From: Spirochaetota bacterium
GTDB taxonomy: Bacteria; Spirochaetota; UBA4802; UBA5550
Direction: 5' to 3'
Length of the DNA: 64,000 bases
NCBI GenBank assembly: GCA_963663865.1
Contig: OY760686.1
Span: 128,001-192,000, forward strand
Shown: in pieces, positions 11,836-21,252 of the stretch
How the letters are laid out: each line of letters starts with the position of its first letter
Position numbering within the stretch: the first letter of the stretch is position 1
Position numbers and translations under genes: made by a program
The notes under the pieces: generated by a model
Told to the model about the DNA's origin: nothing
What the model saw: only the letters and a program-made list of their open reading frames with translations
Databases searched by the model: none

Positions 11836-12065
11836 TACTGTAAAAAGCAAACAGCGTACACCTGATGTCAACAATATTTGCCGTCATACCCACGCAACAC
11901 CGATCTTCAGACGCACATCCCGCAAAAAGAATGTTCATTATAAATTTTATAGATTTTTTGCAGAATAACAGAATACTGACATTATTTTCCTTGTCAAATT
12001 AGAGTTTTATTGTAACTTATAAGGTGTGATCGGCCCACAATTAACAATAACATAGGGATGGTAGT

Positions 12066-12497
12066 ATGAATACAAATATGACCACTGAGAGCAAATACAA
12101 AACAAGATATGTAGACCACGAGGTCCTCTCGCAGGATGTACTTGATGATCAAAAGGAATCTGAGTTCTTCAATGAAATCAGGTTGAGAATTCGTGAAGTT
12201 CGCAAAGAGCTCAAAATGACACAGAGAGAGTTTGGAGAAACCGCTGGTATTGACAGACGCTATGTAGCAAAGGTCGAATGCGGCTCACAGAATCCTTCTT
12301 TCAAATTTCTAAGAAGCATTTCAATTAAGCATAAGATTTCGCTGGATTGGATTCTTTATGGAGTCGGCGAGAAGTACGTAGCCGTTAACGAAGAAAACTA
12401 TGGACAGGAGCTTGTCGTTTTCAAAAAGCTTCTTGATAACGCCTCTCAGGATGATATTGACGTTATCGTAAAGATGGTGAAGAAAATCGTAGGTTAA
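12066..12497 (+). CDS. XRE-family HTH transcriptional regulator
   Basis: RIREVRKELKMTQREFG...VAKVECG...ISLDWILYGVG. Confidence 0.85.
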   Translation: MNTNMTTESKYKTRYVDHEVLSQDVLDDQKESEFFNEIRLRIREVRKELKMTQREFGETAGIDRRYVAKVECGSQNPSFKFLRSISIKHKISLDWILYGVGEKYVAVNEENYGQELVVFKKLLDNASQDDIDVIVKMVKKIVG

Positions 12498-12505
12498 CAG
12501 CATTG

Positions 12506-12536
12506 AGGCATACGCATAAAAGCGTATGCCTTTTTT
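12506..12536 (+). terminator. intrinsic terminator
   Basis: AGGCATACGC-ATAAAA-GCGTATGCCT followed by a T-run. Confidence 0.8.
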
Positions 12537-12539
12537 ATA

Positions 12540-12917
12540 TCAGTGCTCCACAATCATCTCAATACTGAGATTGCTCCTCAAGTCCTTTAGACTCTCCAGA
12601 GACATAGCCTGCCAGGTAATATATCTTGAGCCCATAACCTTGATTGGTCGGAGGTCCTCCTTGGACTTTACCAGGAACATGCCCAACGCGGCGATTCCTG
12701 AACTGTTGAGAGTCTCAAGCCTTGTCAGATCAAGATGAAACTCGCCTCCCGATCTTTTGAAAGCATCGGTCACAAAGTTTACTATTTCGTCATAGCTGTA
12801 TACACTATCCAGCCTGAGGTTCCCTCTGATTACCAGCTTTGAATCATCCGGGAAAAAACTGAGACTGTACCCGTCGCCATTCATCTCATTATTCATAGTG
12901 TTTCCTGCCGCCGCCAT
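12540..12917 (-). CDS. STAS-like slr1659-superfamily regulatory protein
   Basis: GNLRL...LDLTRLETLNSSGI...GSRYITWQAMSL pattern. Confidence 0.7.
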   Translation of the reverse strand: MAAAGNTMNNEMNGDGYSLSFFPDDSKLVIRGNLRLDSVYSYDEIVNFVTDAFKRSGGEFHLDLTRLETLNSSGIAALGMFLVKSKEDLRPIKVMGSRYITWQAMSLESLKDLRSNLSIEMIVEH

Positions 12918-12929
12918 TTATTATCCAAA

Positions 12930-14531
12930 TTATATCTCATCCGCCATTGAATCCACAAGAAGCTTTAAATCCCTCAGCTCTTCCGCCACCCTGAGCCTGT
13001 CGTACCCTACACCCGCTACTGCCGCCATATGATATTTTTGTCTCAGGGAATCAAGGCCCTTTTGAATCAGCTCAATTTCACCGTCAAGCTCCATGTAACC
13101 GCCCGAATCGCTGTAGTCAATAAAATCAGACTTCATTGTTTCAATATCCACAATCTCTCCCCAGACCGGAACACGTGCATCAAATCCGTAATGTTCCCTG
13201 ATCGAATCCCTCAACGAGGCAGAGGACTTCTCTTCGCCGTGCACAATAAAGAGCTTAAGCGAATCATTCTTGATATTCCCTATCCACCTGAGAAGGTCGT
13301 CCCTGTCCGCATGGCCTGAAAACCCGCCAAGAGTATGAATTGAAGCCTTAACAGCCACATCCTCGCCGTAAAGCCTCACCTGCTCGGCGCCGTCGACTAT
13401 TCGCCGTCCCAATGTCCCCTCTGCCTGATACCCCGCAAAAACTACAGCTGATTCCGGATTGTACAGATTGTTCTGAAGGTGATATTTTATTCTTCCGCCT
13501 GTACACATCCCGCTTGCCGAGATTATTATTGCCCCGCGGGCATTCCTATTCAGCCCCTTTGACTCCTCAGTCGTCCTCACATAGTGCAGCCCGTCAAAGC
13601 CAAGCGGATTCTGGCCGGAATTTATCATAGCCCATGTTTCTTCGTCAAGACAATCACGGTTTTCCAGAAAAATTCCCGTCGCGGATACGGCCATCGGCGA
13701 ATCAATATAGACATCTGTGGGCGGAATCTCGCCGGTTCTTATCATCTTTCCTATAGCGTAGATTATTTCCTGTGTCCTCTCAACCGCAAAAGCAGGAATG
13801 ACTATGTTGCCCCTTTTCCCCGAAGAGCTGTTTATAATGTCTCTCAGCTCAATGTAAGTTTCGTCTCTTCCTCTGTGAAGACGGTCGCCGTAAGTTGACT
13901 CAAGCAGAAGCACGTCAGCTTCCTCAACTATATCAGGATCGCGAACGAGGGCCTGTCCCCCCGGCCCCAGGTCGCCTGAAAATACCAGCTTGGTCTCTCT
14001 GCCCTTTTCCTGAACCCACATCTCAATTATGGCCGAACCGAGAATATGCCCCGCGTCAAGGAATCGGGCCTTTACCCGGGGATGAATTTGGATAACTTCA
14101 TTGTACGGAACCGGCGCAAAGTTTTTCAGGCAGTTCTCCGCTTCCTCTGATGAATAAAGCGGCTTTACCGGTTCGCGGTCCAGGCGCTTGTTCCTTCGGT
14201 TAATGAACGCGGCATCGAGTTCCTGTATATGGCCGCTGTCTGGCAGCATTAAGGCGCAGAGATCAGCTGTGGGCCTGGTAGAATAGATATTGCCGTAAAA
14301 CCCGTCCCGCACCAGTTTGGGGATAAGCCCGCTGTGATCGATATGCGCGTGAGTCAAAAGGAGGGCATCAATCCTGGAAGGCGCATAGAATACATCAAGA
14401 CTGTTTCTTGCCCTTATCTCATGACGGCCCTGAAACATTCCGCAATCAACCATAATACAGAAATCATCATCCTTTACAATAAAAGACGAACCTGTAACTG
14501 TACCGGCGCCTCCGGCAAATTCTATCTTCAT
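12930..14531 (-). CDS. MBL-fold beta-CASP ribonuclease (Ysh1/TTHA0252-like)
   Basis: GGAGTVTGS, THAHIDHSG, AGHILGSA, ESTYGDR, SASGMCTGGR, FSGHAD, HGEE. Confidence 0.93.
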   Translation of the reverse strand: MKIEFAGGAGTVTGSSFIVKDDDFCIMVDCGMFQGRHEIRARNSLDVFYAPSRIDALLLTHAHIDHSGLIPKLVRDGFYGNIYSTRPTADLCALMLPDSGHIQELDAAFINRRNKRLDREPVKPLYSSEEAENCLKNFAPVPYNEVIQIHPRVKARFLDAGHILGSAIIEMWVQEKGRETKLVFSGDLGPGGQALVRDPDIVEEADVLLLESTYGDRLHRGRDETYIELRDIINSSSGKRGNIVIPAFAVERTQEIIYAIGKMIRTGEIPPTDVYIDSPMAVSATGIFLENRDCLDEETWAMINSGQNPLGFDGLHYVRTTEESKGLNRNARGAIIISASGMCTGGRIKYHLQNNLYNPESAVVFAGYQAEGTLGRRIVDGAEQVRLYGEDVAVKASIHTLGGFSGHADRDDLLRWIGNIKNDSLKLFIVHGEEKSSASLRDSIREHYGFDARVPVWGEIVDIETMKSDFIDYSDSGGYMELDGEIELIQKGLDSLRQKYHMAAVAGVGYDRLRVAEELRDLKLLVDSMADEI

Positions 14532-14794
14532 CGGATTTCTCCCTCGTTCGTACACGCAGCGTGAGAGGGCTGACAATATCCCCTTCAACTGCCTTTTGAG
14601 TCATTAAAATGAGAAATAACAGCAACAGCGCTTATTATCAATTGTTTTTTTACTAAGGGGAAAATTCGAAACCCCCGATCATAATAATAGCTCAAGCCTC
14701 GCACTTTTTATTGAAACATACCCCTTTTGATATGATTATAGCCGATATTAGCCATAATTTCGATATATTTACACTTATCAGCCTCTTAACGGGT

Positions 14795-14822
14795 TCAACT
14801 ACTGACATGCGCTAACCGATGA
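14795..14822 (+). promoter_or_regulatory. sigma28 (FliA)-type promoter of flaB
   Basis: TCAA-N16-ACCGATGA about 70 nt upstream of the flagellin ATG. Confidence 0.65.
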
Positions 14823-14831
14823 ATTACTTGA

Positions 14832-14887
14832 ACAGCAAGGATGCTGTAAGGCCGGCAGGGACGCTGGCTGTTTGATTCACGGAGGAA
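14832..14887 (+). promoter_or_regulatory. CsrA-binding GGA-loop hairpins in flaB leader
   Basis: ACAGC-AAGGAT-GCTGT, GCCGGC-AGGGAC-GCTGGC and ACGGAGG overlapping the RBS. Confidence 0.65.
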
Positions 14888-14891
14888 TCAA

Positions 14892-15737
14892 ATGATTATC
14901 AACCACAACATGTCGGCTATTAATACTAATCGTGTGCTCAAATTTCAGCACTGGGATTACGACAAATCACTCGAACAGCTCTCCTCCGGAATGAGAATCA
15001 ACAGGGCCGGCGATGACGCCTCAGGCCTGGCAGTCTCCGAAAAAATGCGTTCACAGGTACAGGGCCTCCGTCAGGCTGAAAGGAATACCGAAGATGGTAT
15101 GAGTTTCGTCCAGACAACAGAGGGGTATCTCGACCAGACGCACTCGATTATTCAACGTATCAGAGTGCTTGCCGTCCAGTCCGCAAACGGAATCTATACC
15201 GCTGAGGACAGACAGCTTATACAGGTTGAGGTTTCAGCGCTGGTTGATGAGGTCGACAGAATCGCTTCACAGGCTGAGTTCAACAAGATGAAGCTACTTC
15301 TCGGGGATTTCGCGAGAATCAACCCCAATGCTTCCATGTGGTTTCACATGGGTGCAAATATGCACCAGAGAGAACGAATCTTCATACAGACGATGACGGC
15401 GCTTTCTCTCGGGCTGAAGGACATAGTCGGAAGGCCGATTACGCTGTCTACTCCTGAACACTCTAACAGGAATCTCGGGGTTATGGATAACGCCCTGCAC
15501 CTGATAGCCAAACAGCGGGCCGATCTGGGCGCATATTACAACAGACTCGAACACGCCGCAAAGGGGCTTATGAATGCTTATGAGAACATTCAGGCTTCCG
15601 AGAGCCGCATAAGAGACGCGGATATGGCTGAAACAACAGTAAGCCTTACCAGATCTCAGATACTTGTGCAGTCGGGCACCTCAATGCTGGCGCACGCGAA
15701 TCAAAAATCACAGAATATCTTACAGCTGCTCCGGTAG
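14892..15737 (+). CDS. flaB: periplasmic flagellar filament core protein
   Basis: [40 protein letters not shown]. Confidence 0.98.
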   Translation: MIINHNMSAINTNRVLKFQHWDYDKSLEQLSSGMRINRAGDDASGLAVSEKMRSQVQGLRQAERNTEDGMSFVQTTEGYLDQTHSIIQRIRVLAVQSANGIYTAEDRQLIQVEVSALVDEVDRIASQAEFNKMKLLLGDFARINPNASMWFHMGANMHQRERIFIQTMTALSLGLKDIVGRPITLSTPEHSNRNLGVMDNALHLIAKQRADLGAYYNRLEHAAKGLMNAYENIQASESRIRDADMAETTVSLTRSQILVQSGTSMLAHANQKSQNILQLLR

Positions 15738-15915
15738 CTTAAGAATATAGAAGCTCTTTGAAAACAGCGTTCCTGTAAGCATGGCAGTCCGGACCGACCG
15801 GGACTGGCATGGTTGCTGAAACGCAACACGGTATTCCCTACACAAATAAAAAGTATAACCTGGTATTAAATGCCTGATATGGAGATCAGGTGAAAAAACA
15901 AAGGAGTGTTTTATC

Positions 15916-16767
15916 ATGATTATTAATCACAACATGAGCGCGATCAACGCGAACAAAGTTCTCAAATTCAAGCAGTGGGATGTGAACAGCTCCATGGAGA
16001 AACTCGCATCCGGTCTCAGAATCAACAAAGCCGGCGATGACGCTTCCGGACTTGCTGTTTCAGAAAAAATGAGAACTCAGATTCAGGGCCTTCGTCAGGC
16101 AGAAAGAAATACTGAAGACGGTATGTCTTTCGTTCAGACTGCTGAAGGATATCTCGACCAGACAGCCTCCATCCTCCAGAGGATCAGAGTACTTGCTGTT
16201 CAGTCATCCAACGGTATCTATACCCAGGAAGACAGGCAGCTTATTCAGGTTGAGGTTTCTGCCCTTATAGATGAAGTCGACAGAACTGCTTCACAGGCTG
16301 AATTCAACAAATTCAAGCTTCTGCTCGGCGATTTCTCAAGGACAAATCCGAAAGGCAGCATGTGGTTCCACATGGGAGCGAATATGCACCAAAGGGAGAG
16401 AGTGTATATCGGTACCATGACATCACAGGGACTAAACCTGACCGAGAAAACCGGACGTTTCCTTGCCAATCTGAGTACTGCTGACGGTGCAAACAGAGCA
16501 ATCGGCGTTATAGATGACGCTCTGCACAAGATTGCCAAGCAGAGAGCTGACCTCGGCGCTTACTACAACAGACTTGAGTATGCAGCCAAGGGACTTATGA
16601 CCGCTTATGAAAATATCCAGGCCTCTGAAAGTCGAATCAGAGACGCTGATATGGCGGAAACACTTGTTGACATGACCAAGGATAATATCCTTGTCCAGAG
16701 TGGTACTGCGATGCTGGCTCAGGCTAACATGAAAACAAGATCAGTATTACAGCTGCTTGGAAGCTGA
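15916..16767 (+). CDS. flaB: periplasmic flagellar filament core protein (second paralog)
   Basis: same flagellin motifs; leader hairpin CCTGAT-ATGGAG-ATCAGG. Confidence 0.98.
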   Translation: MIINHNMSAINANKVLKFKQWDVNSSMEKLASGLRINKAGDDASGLAVSEKMRTQIQGLRQAERNTEDGMSFVQTAEGYLDQTASILQRIRVLAVQSSNGIYTQEDRQLIQVEVSALIDEVDRTASQAEFNKFKLLLGDFSRTNPKGSMWFHMGANMHQRERVYIGTMTSQGLNLTEKTGRFLANLSTADGANRAIGVIDDALHKIAKQRADLGAYYNRLEYAAKGLMTAYENIQASESRIRDADMAETLVDMTKDNILVQSGTAMLAQANMKTRSVLQLLGS

Positions 16768-16806
16768 CATATAAAAAATGATTTCTTAAAGGGAATACGC
16801 AAAAAT

Positions 16807-16832
16807 ACCCGCCCAACAGGGCGGGTTTTTTT
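16807..16832 (+). terminator. intrinsic terminator
   Basis: ACCCGCCC-AACA-GGGCGGGT followed by a T-run. Confidence 0.85.
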
Positions 16833-16933
16833 GTAAAAAAAATTTGCCTTATCCACCCCCTCTTTTTAACTTGGTCAGATAGACTAATAAATTATTTAGA
16901 CTATATAATTTATAATACTATCACGGTAACAAC

Positions 16934-17362
16934 ATGCTTGTACGTAAAACACAGATTTCCAAGCTTCTCAAAAAAGAAAAGCAGAAGGAACGAAAGGTTT
17001 GTCAGAAGGAGAGCGAACTCCGCATCATGACCATAAAAAAGCAGATGGCAGATGAGTTTTCCAAGGAGATACGATCTCTTAAAAGGAAATTCGGCATGCA
17101 GGTTAAGTCTCTTGAAAAGGAGAATGACAAGCTGAAGAAGGAAATGCTGAGCAATTACGCCCTTTACCAGACCATTAGAAGACGTGAAGAAGCGCTTGAG
17201 CAGCTCAGTTCCGAAATTGAGGAAGTCATGAATACCATGACGGTGAAGATTCAGGAGTCTCTACAGCCCTTCTACAGGACGAGAGCAAAGATTGAGTCCA
17301 CAAAGAGAAAGTCTGACAGAAAACACGAAAAGACAGAGAACATACTTAGAGCGGTTAAGTAA
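16934..17362 (+). CDS. basic coiled-coil hypothetical protein
   Basis: K/E/R-rich heptad-like ORF. Confidence 0.7.
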   Translation: MLVRKTQISKLLKKEKQKERKVCQKESELRIMTIKKQMADEFSKEIRSLKRKFGMQVKSLEKENDKLKKEMLSNYALYQTIRRREEALEQLSSEIEEVMNTMTVKIQESLQPFYRTRAKIESTKRKSDRKHEKTENILRAVK

Positions 17363-17410
17363 GGGTTAACTTCTTTTAAGTTTTAAGTAGCAATAGCGGT
17401 ATTTTAAGGA

Positions 17411-17442
17411 AAGGCGCGGCAGGACCGCGCCTTATTTTTTTT
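17411..17442 (+). terminator. intrinsic terminator
   Basis: AAGGCGCGG-CAGGA-CCGCGCCTT followed by a T-run. Confidence 0.75.
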
Positions 17443-18082
17443 ACCAGTCGCTTCCGCCGCCAAGCGGGAAAGTAACTCCGGCTCTGACAATGAAGCCGGA
17501 CATGTCAAGCTCCGCGTCATTCAAAGTAACACCGTTATACTCAATATCAGTTTTGAGATCTGTTCCTCTGTAACCGCCTTCGAGGAAGAGCTTCATGTGG
17601 CTTGCCTGCTCTCCCATATCGTAGTTAATTCCAGCTACCGCCTGATAGGTAAAGCCGCTAAAGGTATAGCTCTCTTCGAACAAATCGCTGTCATAGATTG
17701 TCCAGGAATATCCCGCTCCGGCTGAAATGAAGAAAGAAACAGGAGAGTACTCTCCCATAGGTAAGTTCAATGTAAACATCGCCAAAAGTGGAATTGAGTA
17801 ATAGTTTGTGGTGAACTTTTCGGTTACTGTCGCTCCCTCAAGTTCTATTCCACCGGCACCAGCTTCTTCAAGCTTAATCCATCCGAAGCCACTCTCTATG
17901 CCTACCTTAAAAAAGTCATTAACTGCTACATCAAAAGCTACCTCACTGTCAAAAGCAACCTTGTCAGGATCTGAAGGATAGCTAATCCCTGCTCCAATCC
18001 CGATTTCAGGGCCCTGTGCGCTTGCATAGTTGACCGTAAACACAAGAGCGAGTGCTGAGACAAACATGGTAATCTTTTTCAT
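17441..18082 (-). CDS. outer-membrane beta-barrel protein (8-stranded OmpA/OmpW-like)
   Basis: signal peptide ending ASA; alternating aromatic beta-strands; terminal FIVRAGVTF. Confidence 0.75.
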   Translation of the reverse strand: MKKITMFVSALALVFTVNYASAQGPEIGIGAGISYPSDPDKVAFDSEVAFDVAVNDFFKVGIESGFGWIKLEEAGAGGIELEGATVTEKFTTNYYSIPLLAMFTLNLPMGEYSPVSFFISAGAGYSWTIYDSDLFEESYTFSGFTYQAVAGINYDMGEQASHMKLFLEGGYRGTDLKTDIEYNGVTLNDAELDMSGFIVRAGVTFPLGGGSDW

Positions 18083-18176
18083 CAGTTTAAATCTCCTTAT
18101 TAAAAATTTATTACGAATACAATAATACTCTATTTTGAGACAAAGTCAAGTCAAACACGCTTTTTTTGGAAGCAAA

Positions 18177-18464
18177 TCAGGCCAGTGAGCTGAAAAGAAT
18201 CCCGGGCTGATATGATGGAATATAAGAGGCAACTGTACCCCTGTCGGTGTAGGTGGAATTCCTTGTGAGTGAATATTCAGATATAATTCTCTCTCTGAGC
18301 TCTTCGGGAGCCCTTGAGATGTAATAACCTTCCGGATTTTCCTTCTTAACAGGGGCTATTCTTGCGACAGGCCTGTCACTCAGCCCCGGCCACGTATATA
18401 CCCTGGCCGTTTTGCCGGATGAGGAGTGAACCGTGAAGTCAGATACTAATCCTGAAATATTCAT
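18177..18464 (-). CDS. small hypothetical protein, probably sigma28-dependent
   Basis: 95-aa ORF directly behind a sigma28 consensus. Confidence 0.65.
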   Translation of the reverse strand: MNISGLVSDFTVHSSSGKTARVYTWPGLSDRPVARIAPVKKENPEGYYISRAPEELRERIISEYSLTRNSTYTDRGTVASYIPSYQPGILFSSLA

Positions 18465-18470
18465 ACTTTC

Positions 18471-18498
18471 TTTTCGGCACGGGCACCTCCAAAGTTTA
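18471..18498 (-). promoter_or_regulatory. sigma28-type promoter
   Basis: minus strand TAAA-N16-GCCGAAAA, ending 6 nt before ATG 18464. Confidence 0.7.
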
Positions 18499-18575
18499 CC
18501 CTCATTTTAAAAATTACTTGCCAATATCCGCCATCGGAAAAGAATTTTACCACTACAGGTTAATGGAGGAATACA

Positions 18576-20507
18576 ATGGGACTCACTGCTGCTTACAAGA
18601 TTCTAAAGGACCACCTTGCTGACGGCCAGCTTGTTGCAGGCAATGATATTGGAATCAAAATTGATCAGACGCTTACACAGGATGCAACCGGCACGATGGC
18701 CTACCTCCAGTTCGAAGCCATGGGTATTCCCCGCGTTAAGACAGACATCTCTGTTTCTTACGTTGACCACAACACCCTTCAGATGGGGTTTGAAAACGCG
18801 GACGACCACAGATATCTCCAGACAATGAATTCAAACTACGGCATCCACTACTCGAGGGCCGGAAACGGCATCTGCCACCAGGTACACCTGGAACGCTTCG
18901 CGAAGCCCGGAGGGACACTGCTGGGTTCCGACAGCCACACCCCCACCGGAGGCGGAATGGGAATGCTTTCAATCGGAGCGGGCGGACTTGATGTAGCAAT
19001 TGCTATGGGTGGAGGCGCCTTTTACCTGACAGCTCCGAAAATGATGAAGATTGAGCTCTCAGGGAAACTGCGCCCCTGGGTGACAGCAAAGGACATCATC
19101 CTCCATGTCCTGGGCATACTCACCACCAAAGGCAATGTCGGCTGGGTAGCCGAGTACGCCGGCGAAGGCCTAAATCACCTCAGTGTTCCGGAAAGGGCAA
19201 CGATAACAAATATGGGAACCGAGCTTGGCGTAACAACATCGCTGTTCCCGAGCGACAGCATTACCCGTTCCTTCCTGAAGGCGCAGGGCAGAGCTGATGA
19301 CTGGAAAGAACTAAAGGCCGATGAAGACGCAGTCTACGACAAGACGATTAAAATTGACCTCTCAACCCTTGAACCAATGATTGCCTGCCCACATTCACCT
19401 GACAACATCAAAAAAATTTCGGAGATAAAGGGCCTTAAGATAGATCAGGTTGCGATAGGAAGCTGCACAAACGCGTCCTACAAAGACCTTGTCACTGTCG
19501 CAAAGGTGCTCAAAGGGAAGAAAGTTCATCCTGAAGTGAGCCTTATTGTGGCGCCCGGTTCAAAACAGGTTCTTGAGATGATCTCCAGAGAAGGCTATCT
19601 TGCTGATATTGTAGCAAGCGGCGCCCGAATTATGGAATCAGCGTGCGGCTTCTGCATCGGCGCCGGCCAGGCTCCGGTAACAAACGGCATTTCGCTTCGC
19701 ACAAACAACAGAAACTTTGAAGGCCGGTCGGGCACCTCATCCGGCCAGGTTTACCTCGTCAGCCCGGAGACGGCGGCCCTGTCAGCAATTGCGGGTGTTC
19801 TTGTAAATCCGCTGGACTATCCGGAAAAAGATTATCCGTCAATCAAGGTGCCATCGAAGTTTGTGATTGATGATTCAATGATAATTCCGCCCTCAGACAT
19901 CAAGACTGAAGTTTTCAGAGGGCCAAACATTGGAGATCCCCCATATACAGATCCTCTTTCAGACTCAATTAACGGCGTCATAGGACTGAAGGTAGGCGAC
20001 AAGATAACAACGGACCACATTATGCCAGCCGGGCAGAGGCTCAAGTTCAGGTCTAACATCCCTGCGTATGCGCGTTACGTATTCGAAAACGTTGATTCGG
20101 ATTTTTCCCGAAGGGCCCTTGAAGACAAGGCCAAGGGGCTCTACACGGCAATAGTCGCAGGTCAAAGCTACGGACAGGGTTCGAGCAGGGAGCATGCGGC
20201 TATATGTCCGATGTATCTCGGCACAAGATTTGTAATAGCTAAATCCTTTGAAAGAATTCACAAAGGCAATCTTGTAAACTTTGGAATAGTACCGCTGGTT
20301 TTTGCAGAAGAAAGCGATTATGACAACATTGAGCAGGGTGCAGATTTCAGCATTTCCGGGCTGCGAGAGCTTGTCTCATCAGCTTCATCAATACCGTTGA
20401 CTATCGGAGGGAAACCCATCGAACTGCTGCTTGAGCTATCGGCAAGACAACGCGAGATACTGCTCGATGGCGGGCTTCTTAACTACACAAAAAACCGTTC
20501 AGTCTGA
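18576..20507 (+). CDS. aconitate hydratase (short AcnA-like type)
   Basis: TQDATGTMA, GICHQ, GSDSHT, IGSCTN, ACGFCIG, NRNFEGR, TTDHI, GQGSSREHA. Confidence 0.93.
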   Translation: MGLTAAYKILKDHLADGQLVAGNDIGIKIDQTLTQDATGTMAYLQFEAMGIPRVKTDISVSYVDHNTLQMGFENADDHRYLQTMNSNYGIHYSRAGNGICHQVHLERFAKPGGTLLGSDSHTPTGGGMGMLSIGAGGLDVAIAMGGGAFYLTAPKMMKIELSGKLRPWVTAKDIILHVLGILTTKGNVGWVAEYAGEGLNHLSVPERATITNMGTELGVTTSLFPSDSITRSFLKAQGRADDWKELKADEDAVYDKTIKIDLSTLEPMIACPHSPDNIKKISEIKGLKIDQVAIGSCTNASYKDLVTVAKVLKGKKVHPEVSLIVAPGSKQVLEMISREGYLADIVASGARIMESACGFCIGAGQAPVTNGISLRTNNRNFEGRSGTSSGQVYLVSPETAALSAIAGVLVNPLDYPEKDYPSIKVPSKFVIDDSMIIPPSDIKTEVFRGPNIGDPPYTDPLSDSINGVIGLKVGDKITTDHIMPAGQRLKFRSNIPAYARYVFENVDSDFSRRALEDKAKGLYTAIVAGQSYGQGSSREHAAICPMYLGTRFVIAKSFERIHKGNLVNFGIVPLVFAEESDYDNIEQGADFSISGLRELVSSASSIPLTIGGKPIELLLELSARQREILLDGGLLNYTKNRSV

Positions 20508-20540
20508 TGTCTATCCGCGGCAAAGGCGCGTGAATACAAC

Positions 20541-20582
20541 AAAGGCGGCGTCAATCCGGTTGGAGTGATGGCCGCCTTTTTT
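20541..20582. terminator. intrinsic terminator
   Basis: AAAGGCGGC...GCCGCCTTT followed by Ts, between convergent genes. Confidence 0.6.
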
Positions 20583-20623
20583 ACACTTTAGCAAAAGAAT
20601 TTAGAAACATCTTTTGTTTAATA

Positions 20624-21238
20624 TCAGCGGTTGTTTTTCTTCACCGCAAGCCAGGTCCTGTTGTTCTTGTCAGTTTTAAGCTTAATCTTTCCGTTAACGA
20701 TGAGACTGTTAATCGTTGTCATCACGGCGCTTCTGTCAATTCCTCCAGCTCTTCCAGAACCGAGAAAGTCATCAAGCTTCAAAAGCACCCAGGCCCCGCT
20801 TCCGTCTGTCTTGCCTTTTGAGATCATTTCAGCCAGAATATCAATGTAAAGATTATTAGTCTCATCCCGTTCGGAGAAAAATGCGAGCTGATCGGTCGTA
20901 TCCCTAAGCCTCGTGGAAAGAAACTCTATAACACTTTTCGCGAACTGCCTGTTCTTTTCGATAGTCCTGTAGAAGGACTCTCTGTCCATCTTTATAAGCT
21001 GGCAGTCTACTATTGCAACCGCATCGGCCGATCTGGGCAGCGAGTTGATAATGGCCATCTCCCCGACGAACTCGCCCTCTTCAAGAATCTGTACAAGCTT
21101 CTCTGTTCCGCCGGAATGCTTTGTTATTTTGACCTTTCCTTTGTGGATAAGGTAGAGAACATCCGCCTCGTCGCCTTCAGAAAATACATACTCGCCCTGC
21201 GGGACAAATATGCCGTAGTTTCGGTATAATCTGCTCAT
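20624..21238 (-). CDS. cyclic-nucleotide-binding (Crp/Fnr-like) protein
   Basis: VFSEGD...GKVKI...GEFVGEMA...PRSADA. Confidence 0.85.
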   Translation of the reverse strand: MSRLYRNYGIFVPQGEYVFSEGDEADVLYLIHKGKVKITKHSGGTEKLVQILEEGEFVGEMAIINSLPRSADAVAIVDCQLIKMDRESFYRTIEKNRQFAKSVIEFLSTRLRDTTDQLAFFSERDETNNLYIDILAEMISKGKTDGSGAWVLLKLDDFLGSGRAGGIDRSAVMTTINSLIVNGKIKLKTDKNNRTWLAVKKNNR

Positions 21239-21252
21239 TTCCCGCTCCCGGT

